Shown here in pieces: positions 50,803-62,910 of a stretch of 64,000 bases of DNA. How positions within the stretch are numbered: position 1 is the stretch's first letter; each line of letters starts with the position of its first letter. Made by a program: the position numbers and the translations under genes. Below the pieces are notes generated by a model. That model saw only the letters and a list, made by a program, of their open reading frames with translations. It was not told where the DNA came from and did no database searches. The stretch is from Heterodontus francisci (taxonomy: Eukaryota), in NCBI RefSeq assembly GCF_036365525.1, contig NC_090374.1, forward strand, positions 14,673,168 through 14,737,167, read 5' to 3'.

Positions 50803-52879
50803 ATATGGAACTCAGAGAGAGAGACTGTGAGGTTCTCGAGCAAATTGTCATAGGGAGTGACAAGGTATTGGAGGTTTTGGCAGGCTTAAAAGTGGACAAA
50901 TCTCCAGGTCCGGACGATTTGTGTCCCAGGATGCAGTGGGAGGCGAGGGTGGAGATTGCAGGGGCTCTGACCCTAATTTTTAATTCCTCTCTGGCCACGG
51001 GGGAGGTGCCAGAGGACTGGAGAACAGCTTATGTGGTCCCACTATTTAAGCAAGGTTGTAGAGATAAGCCAGGGAACTACAGACCAGTGAGTCTCACGTC
51101 AGTGGTAGGGAAACTATTGGAGAAAATTCTGAAGGAGCGAATCAATCTCCACTTGGAGAGGCAAAATTAGATTAAGAATAGTCAGCATGGCTTTGTCAGA
51201 GGGAGGTCATGCCTAACAAATTTGATTGAATTTTTTGAGCATGTGACCAGGTGTGTAGATGGATTTCAGCAAAGCCTTTGACAAGGTCCCACATGGGAGA
51301 CTTATCAAGAAAGCAAATGCACATGGGATACAGGGTAACTTGATAAGGTGGATTCAAAATTGGCTTATCTGTAGGAAACAGAGAGTGATGACAGACGGCT
51401 GTTTTAGTGACTGGAAGCCAGTGTCCAGTGGCGTACCACAGGGATCTGTGCTGGGTCCCCTATTGTTTGTCATTTATGTAAATGACATAGATGACTATGT
51501 GGGGGGTAGGATCAGCAAGTTCGCGGACGACACAAAGATTGGCCGAGTGGTTAACAGTGAGGTTGAGTGTCTTGGGTTACAGGAAGATATAGACGGGATG
51601 GTCAAATGGGCAGAAAAGTGGCAGATGGAATTTAACCCTGAAAAGTGTGAGATGATACACTATGGAAGGAGTAATGTGACATGGAAGTATTCAATGAATG
51701 GCCTGACACTGGGAAGTTCCGAGGAACATAGATCTCTGAAGGCAGAAGGGCAGGTTAATAGGGTGGTGAAAAAGGCATATGGGACACTTGCCTTTATCAA
51801 TCAAGGCATAGATTACAAAAGCAGGGAGGTCATGTTGGAGTTGTATAGAACTTTGGTAAGGCCACAGCACTGTGCAATTCTGAGCGCCACATTATAGGAA
51901 GGATGTGATTGCACTGGAGGGGGTGCAGAGGCGATTCACCAGGATGTTGCCTGGGATGGAACATTTAAGCTATGAAGAGAGGTTGGGTAGGCATGGGTTG
52001 ATTTCGCTGGAGCAGAGAAGACTGAGGGGTGACCTGATCGAGATGTACAAGATTATGGGGTGCATGGACAGGGTGGATAGGGAACAGCTGTTCCCCTTAG
52101 TTGAAGGGTCAGTTACGAGGGGACACAAGTTTAAGGTGAGGGGCAGGAGGTTTAAGGGGCATTTGAGGAAGAACTTTTTTACCCAGAGGGTGGTGACGGT
52201 TTGGCATGCCCTGCCTGGGAGGGTGGTAGAGCCGGGTAGCCTCACATCCTTTAAAAAGTACCTGGATGAGCACTTGACACATCATAACATTCAAGGCTAT
52301 GGGCCAAGTGCTGGCAAATGGGATTAGGTAGATAGGTCAGGTGTCTTTAATGCATCGGTACAGACTCGATGGGCCAAAGGGCCTCTTCTGCACTGTATTA
52401 TTCTGTGATTCTGTGAAAATAAGCCTTTTTAATCGGTGTCTAATCCACCACCTGAGTAATCTGATTTTTAAATAACTGAAAATGATTTTAAAAAACTAAA
52501 CAGAACTATCCACTAGTTGCATTGATGTACAGTAGTCAGTTTCTTAGTAAAGTTTTAAATATATATAAAAACTGTTTAAAAATGCTGCTAGATAAACAGC
52601 TTAATTTTAAGAGGCTCTTTGAAGGGTCATAAACAGGCACAATGATCAGAAACTTGGCATGATGGTTAAATCTATCTGGGGAGGTGATCAGTTTTATCAT
52701 CAGGGCCAGATTGCAAAATGACATTTTTAAAGCATCCCAAAAAATCACAACTCAGTTTGCACTGGATGTAATTTGTGCTTGTAATTCTTCAATCTTTTGC
52801 AATGATTTGGCAGATTTTGGGTAAATTTTGCCCAAACTGTCAGACACTCCAGGCTGTAATATCTTAAATTACTGAAATA

Positions 52880-53470
52880 TAGGTCAGAGGCTTGGAATCC
52901 TGCAGCGAATAACTCACCTCCTGACTCCCTAAAGCCTGTCCACCATCTACAAGGCACAAGTCAGGAGTGTGATGGAATACTCTCCACCTGCCTGGATGGG
53001 TGCAGCTCCAACAACACTCAAGACGCTCGACACCATCCAGGACAAAGCAGCTTGATTGGCACCCCATCTACAAACATTCACTCCTTCCACAACCAACGCA
53101 CAGTGGCAGCAGTGTGTACCATCTACAAGATGCACTGCAGCAACGCACCAAGACAGCACCTTCCAAACCTGCGACCTCTACCAACTAGAAGGACAAAGGC
53201 AGCAAGTGCATGAGAACACCACCAGCTGCAAGTTCCCCTCCAAACCACACACCATCCAGACTTGGAACTATATCGCCGTTCCTTCACTGTCGCTGGGCCA
53301 AAATCCTGGAACTCCCTTCCTAACAGCACTGTGGGTGTACCTGCTACCTGTACATGGACTGCAGTGGTTCATGAAGACAGCTCACCACCACCTTCTCAAG
53401 GGCAATTAGGGATGGGCAATAAATGCTGGCCTAGCCAGCGCCACCCACATCCCATGAATGAATTAAAAAA
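52880..53470 (+). mobile_element. Family B LINE 3' fragment
   Basis: YKAQVRSVMEY region and tail CCCATGAATGAATTAAAAAAA. Confidence 0.88.
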
Positions 53471-53793
53471 ATTATTACTGAAAGGAATTGATCTAATTCG
53501 TAGTTGCCTCATTCAAATGGCACCCCCTAGAGCTTGGTCAATGAGTGTCTGTGGACTATTTGACTGTGAGAGCCTCACAGGAAGGTCCAATGTCTCATTC
53601 AATGTCCAATAAGACACCTTCCTGCAGGAGTGTCTGGAAAGTGATCAGGAGCAGGAATCCCGGGCAATATTCCCCTTTCAAAGCCCGGGATTGCTGAGAG
53701 TTTATTTACCCGTGTGGTTCAGGACCAGACCAGGTGGAGCCTTTAGCCATTGAGCTATCGGGGCAGCTGCAGCCCCTGAACATTGTTCCTCAC

Positions 53794-54177
53794 CTTCCAC
53801 TCTCAGACTCGTTAGTTTCAGTGTTTGATGTTTTCCAACAGTGAGCTCCACACGACACCGATAATGACCACTGTCCGCCCGGATCAGCCGCTCCATCATT
53901 ATTGAGACATCTTTGTTACTGAAGTTCCCCACGAATCTGAATCGATTCCCGCCGTCCTGCTGTATCACATTCTCACACAGCTCACTCTGTGAATGGCCTG
54001 GACCAGAATATGTACACTTAAAAATAACATTGTTACGGCCTTTGTACCATATCACAGAGCCGGTGACCGTCTGATCAGTGTGTGGGTGGGTGAAAGTACA
54101 CGACAAGACAGCGGACCCTCCTTCCTCAACACTCACTATATCCGCAGCGCTCATTGTCCAACCATTAGCAGAAACCT
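53794..54177 (-). CDS. SIGLEC15-like: N-terminal Ig V-set exon, Siglec-15-like sialic-acid-binding domain
   Basis: 384-nt phase 1-1 exon (tctctctccacag| ... GAA G|gtgagg). WTMS..EGGSAVLSCTFTHPH, VIFKC...SELC, RFRFVGN..KDVSIMMERLIRADSGHYRCRVEL parallels Siglec-15 (WSMQ..AVLPCTFTHPH, VFRC..SELC, RFRLLGN..NDLSLRVERL..YFCRVEF), including four Cys and the essential Arg. Confidence 0.93.
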
Positions 54178-54319
54178 CTGTGGAGAGAGAGAGAATATTA
54201 AAAGCGCGTGGGGACAGAGGTTAGGGATCGAAAACAAACTGCGACACAATATACTGAGTCTGTTATATAGTGACAACATCCAGTCAGATTGGGATAGTTT
54301 ATACACTGACTTTGGACAC

Positions 54320-54650
54320 TGGAGTGAGCTACAGGCTGGCATATAAAAGAGGGATTTAATTAGTTTCTATATTGAAGAAGATACCTCGCAGAAAGGTATA
54401 GGCTGGAATTTAATCGAGGGGTTCAGATGGTTTATATATAGAGCAATGCATACCTGGAAGTGAGTTACAGGGTAGAATCTAATTGAACGGGTCAGATGTT
54501 AATATAGAAAGTGATGGTAATCTAACAGTGAATTACAAGCTGGAATCTAATCAAGGGGTTTGGATGGTTAATATAGAGAATGATGGATGCTTGAGAGTGA
54601 GTTACAAACTGGAATCCAATTGAACAGTTCAGTGGTTTATATATAGAGTG
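54320..54650. repeat. Degenerate ~68-bp satellite (GAGTGAGTTACAGxCTGGAATCTAATCGAGGGGTTCAGATGGTTTATATATAGA...)
   Basis: About 5 units, truncated by the LTR at 54651. Confidence 0.8.
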
Positions 54651-56705
54651 TGTCATGCAGGTCCCCACCTGCCAAGCACGAGGCATATTAATTTTGCCAC
54701 ATGTACATTAAATTTCAAACTGTTTTTGAAGTGAAGAAAGGACTTACTTCAAAAAATGGCCAGATCTTGACTGGAAAGATATTTGCATATCAACAGACAG
54801 TGCTTGGAAAGGACAAAGGACCTTTCCCCTGACACATTCAACCCACAATGGACTTTGATCACCAGACGTTGAAGGTGGGGGAGCTCGCATTCCAGGTTGA
54901 CTGCTAAGTTGCACAAACAGACATGGTCAAACCAGCTAGTCACATGACTAACCTGCTGGGCAACCTGAGTTTTTTGAATTTGTACAAACAGTTTGGGCAG
55001 AAGGTCTGTTTGCTCCTGGACTGAGAAGATCTCTCCTGTTGCTCCCATCTCTTTCTCACTAGTCTCTGAATCCACTGAAGACACATGAATCCCAAGAGAG
55101 AAAAGTCTCCTACAGCGAACAAGGTTTAAGAAGAATACTGGGCCCCAATGAAATGCAAGATCTACCTACAATCAAGGACTCGACAGTGAACTCGAAGAAC
55201 CGTAACAACAACTCTTCAGATATTGCCTCAAACCTTTCCACTTTATTTTTCTTCTCTTTTCTGTCCCTATTTGCATGTGTGTACTGCATATGCATGCTAG
55301 CGTGGCTGTGTCATGTATCCGTAGGCATGAACCGAATTAGGGTTTAAGTTTATATTTAATAATTTTCAACTTTTCTTCTTTAAACCTAAGAAAGCCTTAT
55401 AATTGGAAAGCGGTGAACCAGGATTCACCAAAGGGGAGCTAAAAACACAGTGTGTTCAAAATTAAACCCTGTTACAGTAAGACCAGGTGAAGGTTGAGAG
55501 GGAACCCTAGATCCCTTTCTCGCCTGGTTGTAACAGAAATTTGGGTGCTAGTGTCTGAAAGTGCCCCACAGGCAAACAAGAAATTGGAAGTGGGAAGCCA
55601 AATTGTTCCCAATCAAAAAGGAGCAAAGATCAATACAGGTTTTCTTGTGGTTGTGTGTGATTGAATACTGACATGTCTGCAACTGAAGCCAGTAACTCCC
55701 CAAGCCAGGGTGAAGTAACTTGGGATGAGTTAAAAGCACTGTCTATGGAGGAATTGAGAAAAATGGCTGAGCAGTACTGAGTAGTACTGAGCAGTACGTG
55801 GCAAGGCTAGGAAGTCTGAACTCCTAAGACTAATGGCCAACCATTTTTCTCTTGAATGTAAAGAAACAGAAACAGGGGTAGAAGCAGATCCAACAAGGTA
55901 TTGTTAGCAAAGATACGATTGGAACAGAGGAAACTTGAAATAGAAGAGAGGGAGAAAGAAAGAGCCTTCCAGAAGGAACGTGAAGAAAATGAAAGGCAAG
56001 AGAGGGAGAGAGAAAGAATATTCCAGAAGGATTGTGAAGAAAGAGCTCTGAAACGGCTTGAGTTAACTATGGGGTGACAGAGTAACCCCAGTGAAAGCGT
56101 GGCCAATATGGAGGAGCGTAAGTCAGGGCTGGGTACAAAATTGTTAAAACTAGCTCAATTCATTCCAAAATTCAATGAGGAAGATGTAGAAGATATTATG
56201 AGTACATGTCTAGGCTGGCACTTGCAATGCAGTACTGAGGGAGTGCTGCACTATCAAGGTTGCCATCTTTTGAATGAGATGTACTGAGCCCCAGTCTGCA
56301 TCCTTGGGTGGATACAAATGATCACATGACACGTTATGAAGAGTAGCAGGGGAATTCTTGTGTCCTGACCAATATTTATCCCTCAACCAACGCCACTAAA
56401 ATAGATGATAATTTCTTGCAATTTATTACTATTTGTGGGACCTTGCTGTGTACATATTTACTTCCATGTTTCCCCCGTTACAGTAATTACATTTCGAAAA
56501 GTATTAGATTGGTTGTAAAATGCTCTAGGATGCTCTGAACACATAAATGGAAGTTGCTCCCTTTCCTTTTCTATCTTAAATTCTACCCTGCTTATTCTGC
56601 TGAGTAAATTAGCTTCAACCTGGGAAGCAAGGAGATGGATGGGTTTGTCTTGATGCTTACAGGCACGGAGGGGAAATTAGCAGAATTTCTGTTTGATCAT
56701 TATTG

Positions 56706-57925
56706 GGTTTTTCGAGAAGGTGACCAAACAGGTGGATGAGGGTAAAGCCGTGGATGTGGTGTATATGGATTTCAGTAAGGCGTTTGATAAGGTTCCCCAT
56801 GGTAGGCTATTGCAGAAAATACGGAAGTATGGGGTTGAAGGTGATTTAGAGCTTTGGATCAGAAATTGGCTAGCTGAAAGAAGACAGAGGGTGGTGGTTG
56901 ATGGCAAATGTTCATCCTGGAGTTTAGTTACTAGTGGTGTACCGCAAGGTTCTGTTTTGGGGCCACTGCTGTTTGTCATTTTTATAAATGACCTGGAAGA
57001 GGGTGTAGAAGGGTGAGTTAGTAAATTTGCGGATGACACGAAGGTCGGTGGAGCTGTGGATAGTGCAGAAGGATGTTGTAGGGTACAGAGGGACATAGAT
57101 AGGCTGCAGAGCTGGGCTGAGAGATGGCAAATGGAGTTTAATGCGGAGAAGTGTGAGGTGATTCACTTTGGAAGGAGTAACATCAATGCAGAGTACTGGG
57201 CTAATGGGAAGATTCTTGGTAGTGTAGATGAGCAGAGAGATCTTGGTGTCCAGGTACATAAATCCCTGAAAGTTGCTACCCAGGTTAATAGGGCTGTTAA
57301 GAAGGCATATGGTGTGTTAGCTTTTATTAGTAGGGGGATCGAGTTTCGGAGCCACGAGGTCATGATGCAGCTGTACAAAACTCTGGTGAGACCGCACCTT
57401 GAGTATTGCGTGCAGTTCTGGTCACCGCATTATAGGAAGGATGTGGAAGCTTTGGAAAGGGTGCAGAGGAGATTTACTAGGATGTTGCCTGGTATGGAGG
57501 GAAGGTCTTACGAGGAAAGGCTGAGGGACTTGGGGTTGTTTTCGTTAGAGAGAAGGAGGAGGAAAGGTGACTTAATAGAGACATACAAGATAATCAGAGG
57601 GTTAGATAGGGTGGATAGTGAGAGTCTTTTTCCTCGGATGATGATGGCAAACACGAGGGGACATAGCTTTAAGTTGAGGGGTGAAAGATATAGGACAGAT
57701 GTCAGAGGTAGTTTCTTTACGCAGAGAGTAGTAGGGGCGTGGAACGCCCTGCCTGCAACAGTAGTAGACTCGCCAACTTTAAGGGCATTTAAGTGGTCAT
57801 TGGATAGACATATGGATGAAAATGGAATAGTGTAGGTCAGATGGTTTCACAGGTCGGCGCAACACCGAGGGCCGAAGGGCCTGTACTGCGCTGTAATGTT
57901 CTAATTCTAAAAAAAAAAAATTCTA
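56706..57925 (+). mobile_element. 5'-truncated young CR1, same family as 3969-7157
   Basis: Near-identical to the reverse complement of 3969-5172; one TGG>TGA stop at 57014-57016; TTCTAA/A-rich tail. Confidence 0.93.
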
Positions 57926-59040
57926 AGAATTTTTGTGTCCTTTGAGAAATTGGCAAGGCAGCTAAAATGGCCAGCTGAGACCTGGCCTCTTTTACTGCAA
58001 AGCAAGCTCAGTGGAAAAGCCCATGAGGTCTATTCCTTGTTGCCAGATGAGAGTTCATCAAATTATGAAGGGACAAAAAGTGCTATCCTCGAGGCATATG
58101 AATTAGTATCCGAAGCCTATCGCCAAAAGTTTAAAACCCTCAAGAAGCAAGCTGATCAAACTTATCTGGAGTTTGAAAGAAGTAAGCAGCTGGCTTTTGA
58201 CCAGTGGCTGAGGGCTCTTAAAGTACAGCTCAGCTATGAGAATCTCAGACAAGTAATTCTGTTAGAGGAATTTAAACATTCTCTCCCACTCTCCATAAGG
58301 ACCCATGTAGAGGAGCAGCGGGTTCATAGAGCCCGGCAAGCGGCCGTTCTGGCCAATGAATTTGCTTTAATTTATAAGTTGGTTTCCCGGGGAGAACCTT
58401 TCCTAGTCACCCCCACAAATCCGAAAAGGACAAAGGGTGGGAAGGTGATAGGAGCCCAAGCAGTCCTGGAAGAGAAAGGAAAGCAGGAGACACAGGGACC
58501 CTCCTCTCACCAAAAAGAAGGTGCTGTGAGCAAGAGTGAGACCCAGAGACCTTAGTGCTTCCATTGTAATAAAGCAGGGCGTTTAAAAGCTGGCTGCTGG
58601 AAACTAAAGGGAAAACTTGTAGGGTTAATCAGATCACACCCACGCAGTGAAGAAGTGAACCTGATGGAAAGCACAGCAGAACAAGCTGTGGCTTTAACTG
58701 CAGCGAGAGTGAGACCCAGGAAGCTTACTGCTGCAAGTGCAGAAAAAGTTAGTCGGATTCCTGAAGGCTATCAGGGTTTTGTGTCCGAAGGGAAAATAAC
58801 CCCATACCCCTCGAGTGGGGCAAGCAAGCCCTTAGTGATTCTCAGGGAATCAGGGGCCACTATATCCCTTTTACTAGGAAAAGGCCTGACCTTTCCCCCA
58901 GAGAGTGCAGTGAACACCAAAACTATGGCGAATGGTATTGGAGGGCAGTGTATGCCTGTACCTGCACAGAGGGTGCACTCAGTTTCGGGACCGGTGACCG
59001 TAGGGATTGTCCCTAGTTTGCCTGTGGATGGGGTTGACGT

Positions 59041-61227
59041 TGTTAGCGGGAATGAATCTAGAAGAATCACTCAACATTCAGGTCTGCTCCAATGTCAAAC
59101 AGTTAATTGAGTTACGCCAGCGGGGAGCAGGTCACTGGGCTGTCCAGATGCCTCTCCACCGAACAAAGGAGCAAAAGCATCAATACTTATACATTTTCAA
59201 ACAGTTACTCAGCCCATCCTGGCTGGACATGGTCCAGTCACAACAATTATAGATCATATACATTGATTATTCGAGCCAATAGAAGTGGTTACTAGGCATG
59301 GACTGCACAACCGGCCCATAGGCAGATAGGGGATTACTCATGATGTTTTCCATTCCCTCTTATCCATTATCTTTAATGAGTCTTTGTTTGAATTTATGTT
59401 ACTCAGCTCCTGTGTGGAATGTGGTCAAGTTGGCTAAGCTCCATGATGCCTTGCAACCTCTTCATTGTTCACTAAGATTATACGTTACTGGTTACTCAAA
59501 TAACATTTAAACAGTATGATATTTACTGCAGGTGCCTCTGCGCTTGGGAATACCCGACAACAATCCCCTCTTTCGGTAGGGAGACTAACCCCAGTCTCCT
59601 TAACCGACACCATTTTTTTTTAACCCTTTAAACTCGCCCGGTATTCCCTGCTTCAACCACACTGGCCAGTCACGTGATTTCAGGAATTCCGGTCATATTA
59701 TATCATATTAATGTGATCCAAATGGCTTAGCTCCCCAGATAGACAAATTGTCTCTCTTGCTTTGGCTCTAGGTTTTACCTGCCTTCACCGCACATATCGT
59801 CTGTATGATCGGCAGGCCAGTATGCCCCATGTTATGGCCAGTATCAACTGTATTCCAACTAGCACATGAGAAATTATCCGAATCCAGGGGTGGATATTCA
59901 CATTCATTCCCCAATCCCAAATCTTCTCCCACCAGCTCCGGTTCTGCAGTTCTGTGTTAGTATCTTTCTCTAGCTTTTTGATTTTTGCCTGCAGTTGGTG
60001 GTAGAGTTTTACGGATTCCCTTAGTACCTCGGCCAGGTGTGGGATGGGGACTGGTTCTGGTTCCTCGTAATCCTGTCGGTGGTCATGGAGGTAATCAGTG
60101 ATGTTGATGGTCTCGGTATCTCTGCGCCAAACCTGGATAATTCGGGCTTGCCCTATAGTGACGGGTCGTAAGGGCGTAAAGCAAACATTAGGAAACGGGA
60201 TAGGGCATTGTAGATTATTGTAGCGGTAGGAACTTTCTGTAGTGGAGACGCAATATTTCCCTTTACCTCCATATCCTGTTCTTGCGAAATGCATGGGGGC
60301 AGGTATGATTTCTACGACACAACCGTCTGTTCGATTAAACCCACATTCATCCAATTCTCCCTGTCCCATTGGGTGTGGACATAGTGTAATGTCTCCCCTC
60401 TGCTTGCATCCCGTAAGGGAAATTCCATATAGTGTATTGTTCCTGAGTATGGCAGAGGTTTCAGTTAAATAGTAACGGAGGGAGGTGTTACCCCGTACGA
60501 CCCCAATATTTTCCAATTAGTAGTGGGGAAATGGCCCTGAGTCCCATGCTACTGTGGGGATCATCAGGACTACCCCCACTCCGGTATCTTTGCCCAATTC
60601 GCAGTCTGGGATCACTGGATATACTCTGGTGAGTCCTTTCAGTGTACAATTGTCCAGTGTACCTTTCCTCTCTGCTAATCGAGCTAAATGTGGGCTGTCT
60701 ATCCAATCGGGCAGCTCCTCCCTTTGGATCTGATCGAGATTGTGTCATATCTGTCCCACCATCCATAAGCCATAAGCGTGGCAGAGTTGTCCCTGCCTTA
60801 GCTTTCCGGCATCTTCCTTTTCTCTATCTGTGACGTGATTGATGGTCTTGGCATGGGCTTCTAATACCGTAATTCCATCTAATTGTATTCCCATGCCCTC
60901 TTCTCCTAGATTGGCCTGATCCGCCTGATTTTCCTCGGCTCTCTCTAAGAGTTCCTTCATTACTCCTTTCAGTCGTTCTACCTTTTCATTTAGACCTTGT
61001 ATGTCCAGTGAGTTTATGACGGAAGTACCAGTATTGACTCTAGTAGCAACATCGTTAACTACCCCCCTTTTTGTTCTATAAAGCTGATCCTGGCCTTGAA
61101 ATCTAGTGGCACCCATGGCATTGGCAGCCTGCTGCATTACAACCTTACTTCATACACTATACATATTTCTTGCCTGTTCTGTACAATATCCCGGCATTTG
61201 TATTCCGGGTCAGAATACCCGACAACA
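59041..61227 (-). mobile_element. Internally deleted env-bearing LTR element (endogenous retrovirus-like): 15-bp 5' LTR stub, env, PPT, 522-bp 3' LTR
   Basis: TSD ACGT at 59037-59040 / 61228-61231; LTR 59041-59562 with TGTT..AACA ends; PPT GAAAGAGGGGAT at 59563-59574; 61213-61227 is identical to 59548-59562. Confidence 0.9.
59785..61209 (-). pseudogene. env: Envelope/fusion glycoprotein pseudogene (F-type class I fusion protein architecture)
   Basis: One colinear frame of 475 codons with three in-frame stops (61150-61152, 60745-60747, 60517-60519); furin-type RTKR at 61066-61077, heptad repeats, Cys-rich domain, Trp-rich membrane-proximal region, C-terminal TM and basic tail. Confidence 0.85.
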
Positions 61228-61877
61228 ACGTGCTCCTTGGTAATGATCTGGTGGGGGTGAAGGTGGTAGCCCCCCCAGTAGTGAAAGAAAGACCGCAGGA
61301 GGTTAGAGAGGCAGCGGCGGGAGACGGACCCTTGCAGTTTCCCTGAATGTGTAGTGGATCAGGCCATGATCAAACCAGTTCCCCCAGAGGAGACTGAATT
61401 AGCACTGCAGGCAGATGACCAGGTCTATCTTTCCAAGACTATCTTTGGAAAGTTAGGAGACCCAGGGAATGAATTAAATGGATTTTCCCTAGGTGAGGCT
61501 CAGCGAGCCAACCCAGTATTGCAAGAGTTAGCACATGCTGCCCAGTCTGAAATTGAAGCAGAGGGAGTCCCTGGTTGCTACTATTTAAAGAATGAGGTAC
61601 TGATGAGGAAATGGATTTCTCTTGCCTGAGGGCAAGGAATGGTTGGTAGTTCACCAGTTAGTGGTGCCACAGAGGTATCGGAGAGAAATATTAAGAAGGG
61701 CCCGCCAGACTACAGTGGCTGTAGATGCTGGTATATGAAAGAGCAAAGCCCGTATAAGACAGCAGTTTGACTGACTAAAACTCCACAAAGAGGACTGCAG
61801 GAGTTGTCACATGTGCCAGGTTGAGGGGAAACACCAACCTACAGTGAAACCTGCACCCCTACGTCCTGTACCGGTAT

Positions 61878-62910
61878 TACAAAGAACAAAGAACTGTACA
61901 GCACAGGAACAGGCCATTTGGCCTCCAAGCCTGCGCCGATCTTGATGCCTGCCTAAACTAAAACCTTCTGCACTTCCGGGGACCATATCCCTCTATTCCC
62001 ATCCTATTCATGTATTTGTCAAGATGCCTCTTAAGCGTCATTATCGTACCTGCTTCCACCACCTCCCCCGGCAGCAAGTTCCAGGCGCTCACCACCCTCT
62101 GTGTAAAGAACTTGCCCCGCACATCCCCTCTAAACTTTGCCCCTCGCACCTTAAACCTATGTCCCCTAGTAACTGACTCTTCCACCCTGGGAAAAAGCTT
62201 CTGACTATCCACTCTGTCCATGCCTCTCATAAACCTCTATCATGTCGCCCCTCCACCTCCGTCATTCCAGTGAAAACAATCCGAGTTTATCCAACGTCTC
62301 CTCATAGCTAATGCCCTCCAGACCAGGCAACATCCTGGTAAACCTCTTCTGTACCCTCTCCAAAGCCTCCACATCCTTCTGGTAGTGTGGCGACCAGAAT
62401 TGCACGCAATATTCTAAGTGTGGCCTAACTAAAGTTCTGTACAGCTGCAGCATGACTTGCCAATTTTTATACTCTATGCCCCGACCGATGAAGGCAAGCA
62501 TGCCGTATACCTTCTTGACTACCTTATCCACCTGTGTTGCCACTTTCAGTGACCTGTGGACCTGTATGCCCAGATCTCTCTGCCTGTCAATACTCCTAAG
62601 GGTTCTGCCATTTACTGTATACTTCCCACCTGTATTAGATTGTCCAAAATGCAGTACCTCACATTTGTCCGAATTATACCCCTTCTGCCATTTCTCCGCC
62701 CAAGTCTCCAACCGATCTATATCCTGCTGTATCCTCTGACAATCCTCATCACTGTCCGCAACACCACCAGCCTTTGTGTCGTCCGCAAACTTACTAATCA
62801 GACCAGCTACATTTTCCTCCAAATCATTTATATATACTACAAAGAGCAAAGGTCCCAGCACTGATCCCTGCGGAACACCACTAGTCACATCCCTCCATTC
62901 AGAAAAGCAC
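61878..62910 (-). mobile_element. 5'-truncated CR1 (AAAGAAC-tail family) inserted in the Gypsy
   Basis: ORFs 62262..62888 and 61958..62230; TATTA duplication at the junctions. Confidence 0.9.

Larger units (their letters stand above)
47620..52416 (+). mobile_element. Essentially full-length CR1 LINE (5'UTR, intact ORF1, disrupted ORF2, (TTCTGTGA)n end)
   Basis: ORF1 48167..49108; ORF2 pieces 49110..52327 broken by frameshifts, deletions and a SINE. Confidence 0.92.

Noticed and set aside
42099-54177. Rearranging Ig/TCR/IgNAR V segments
   Set aside because: Both exons encode complete V domains including the G strand and end in splice donors; no recombination signal sequences follow them
54178-54650. 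Signal-peptide exon of the Siglec-like gene
   Set aside because: No convincing minus-strand donor with a hydrophobic leader; the region is mostly satellite, so the leader is probably outside the window
57935-58555. Host SCAN/zinc-finger gene
   Set aside because: It sits in LTR-PBS-gag-protease context and is interrupted by insertions and stops, so it is retrotransposon gag
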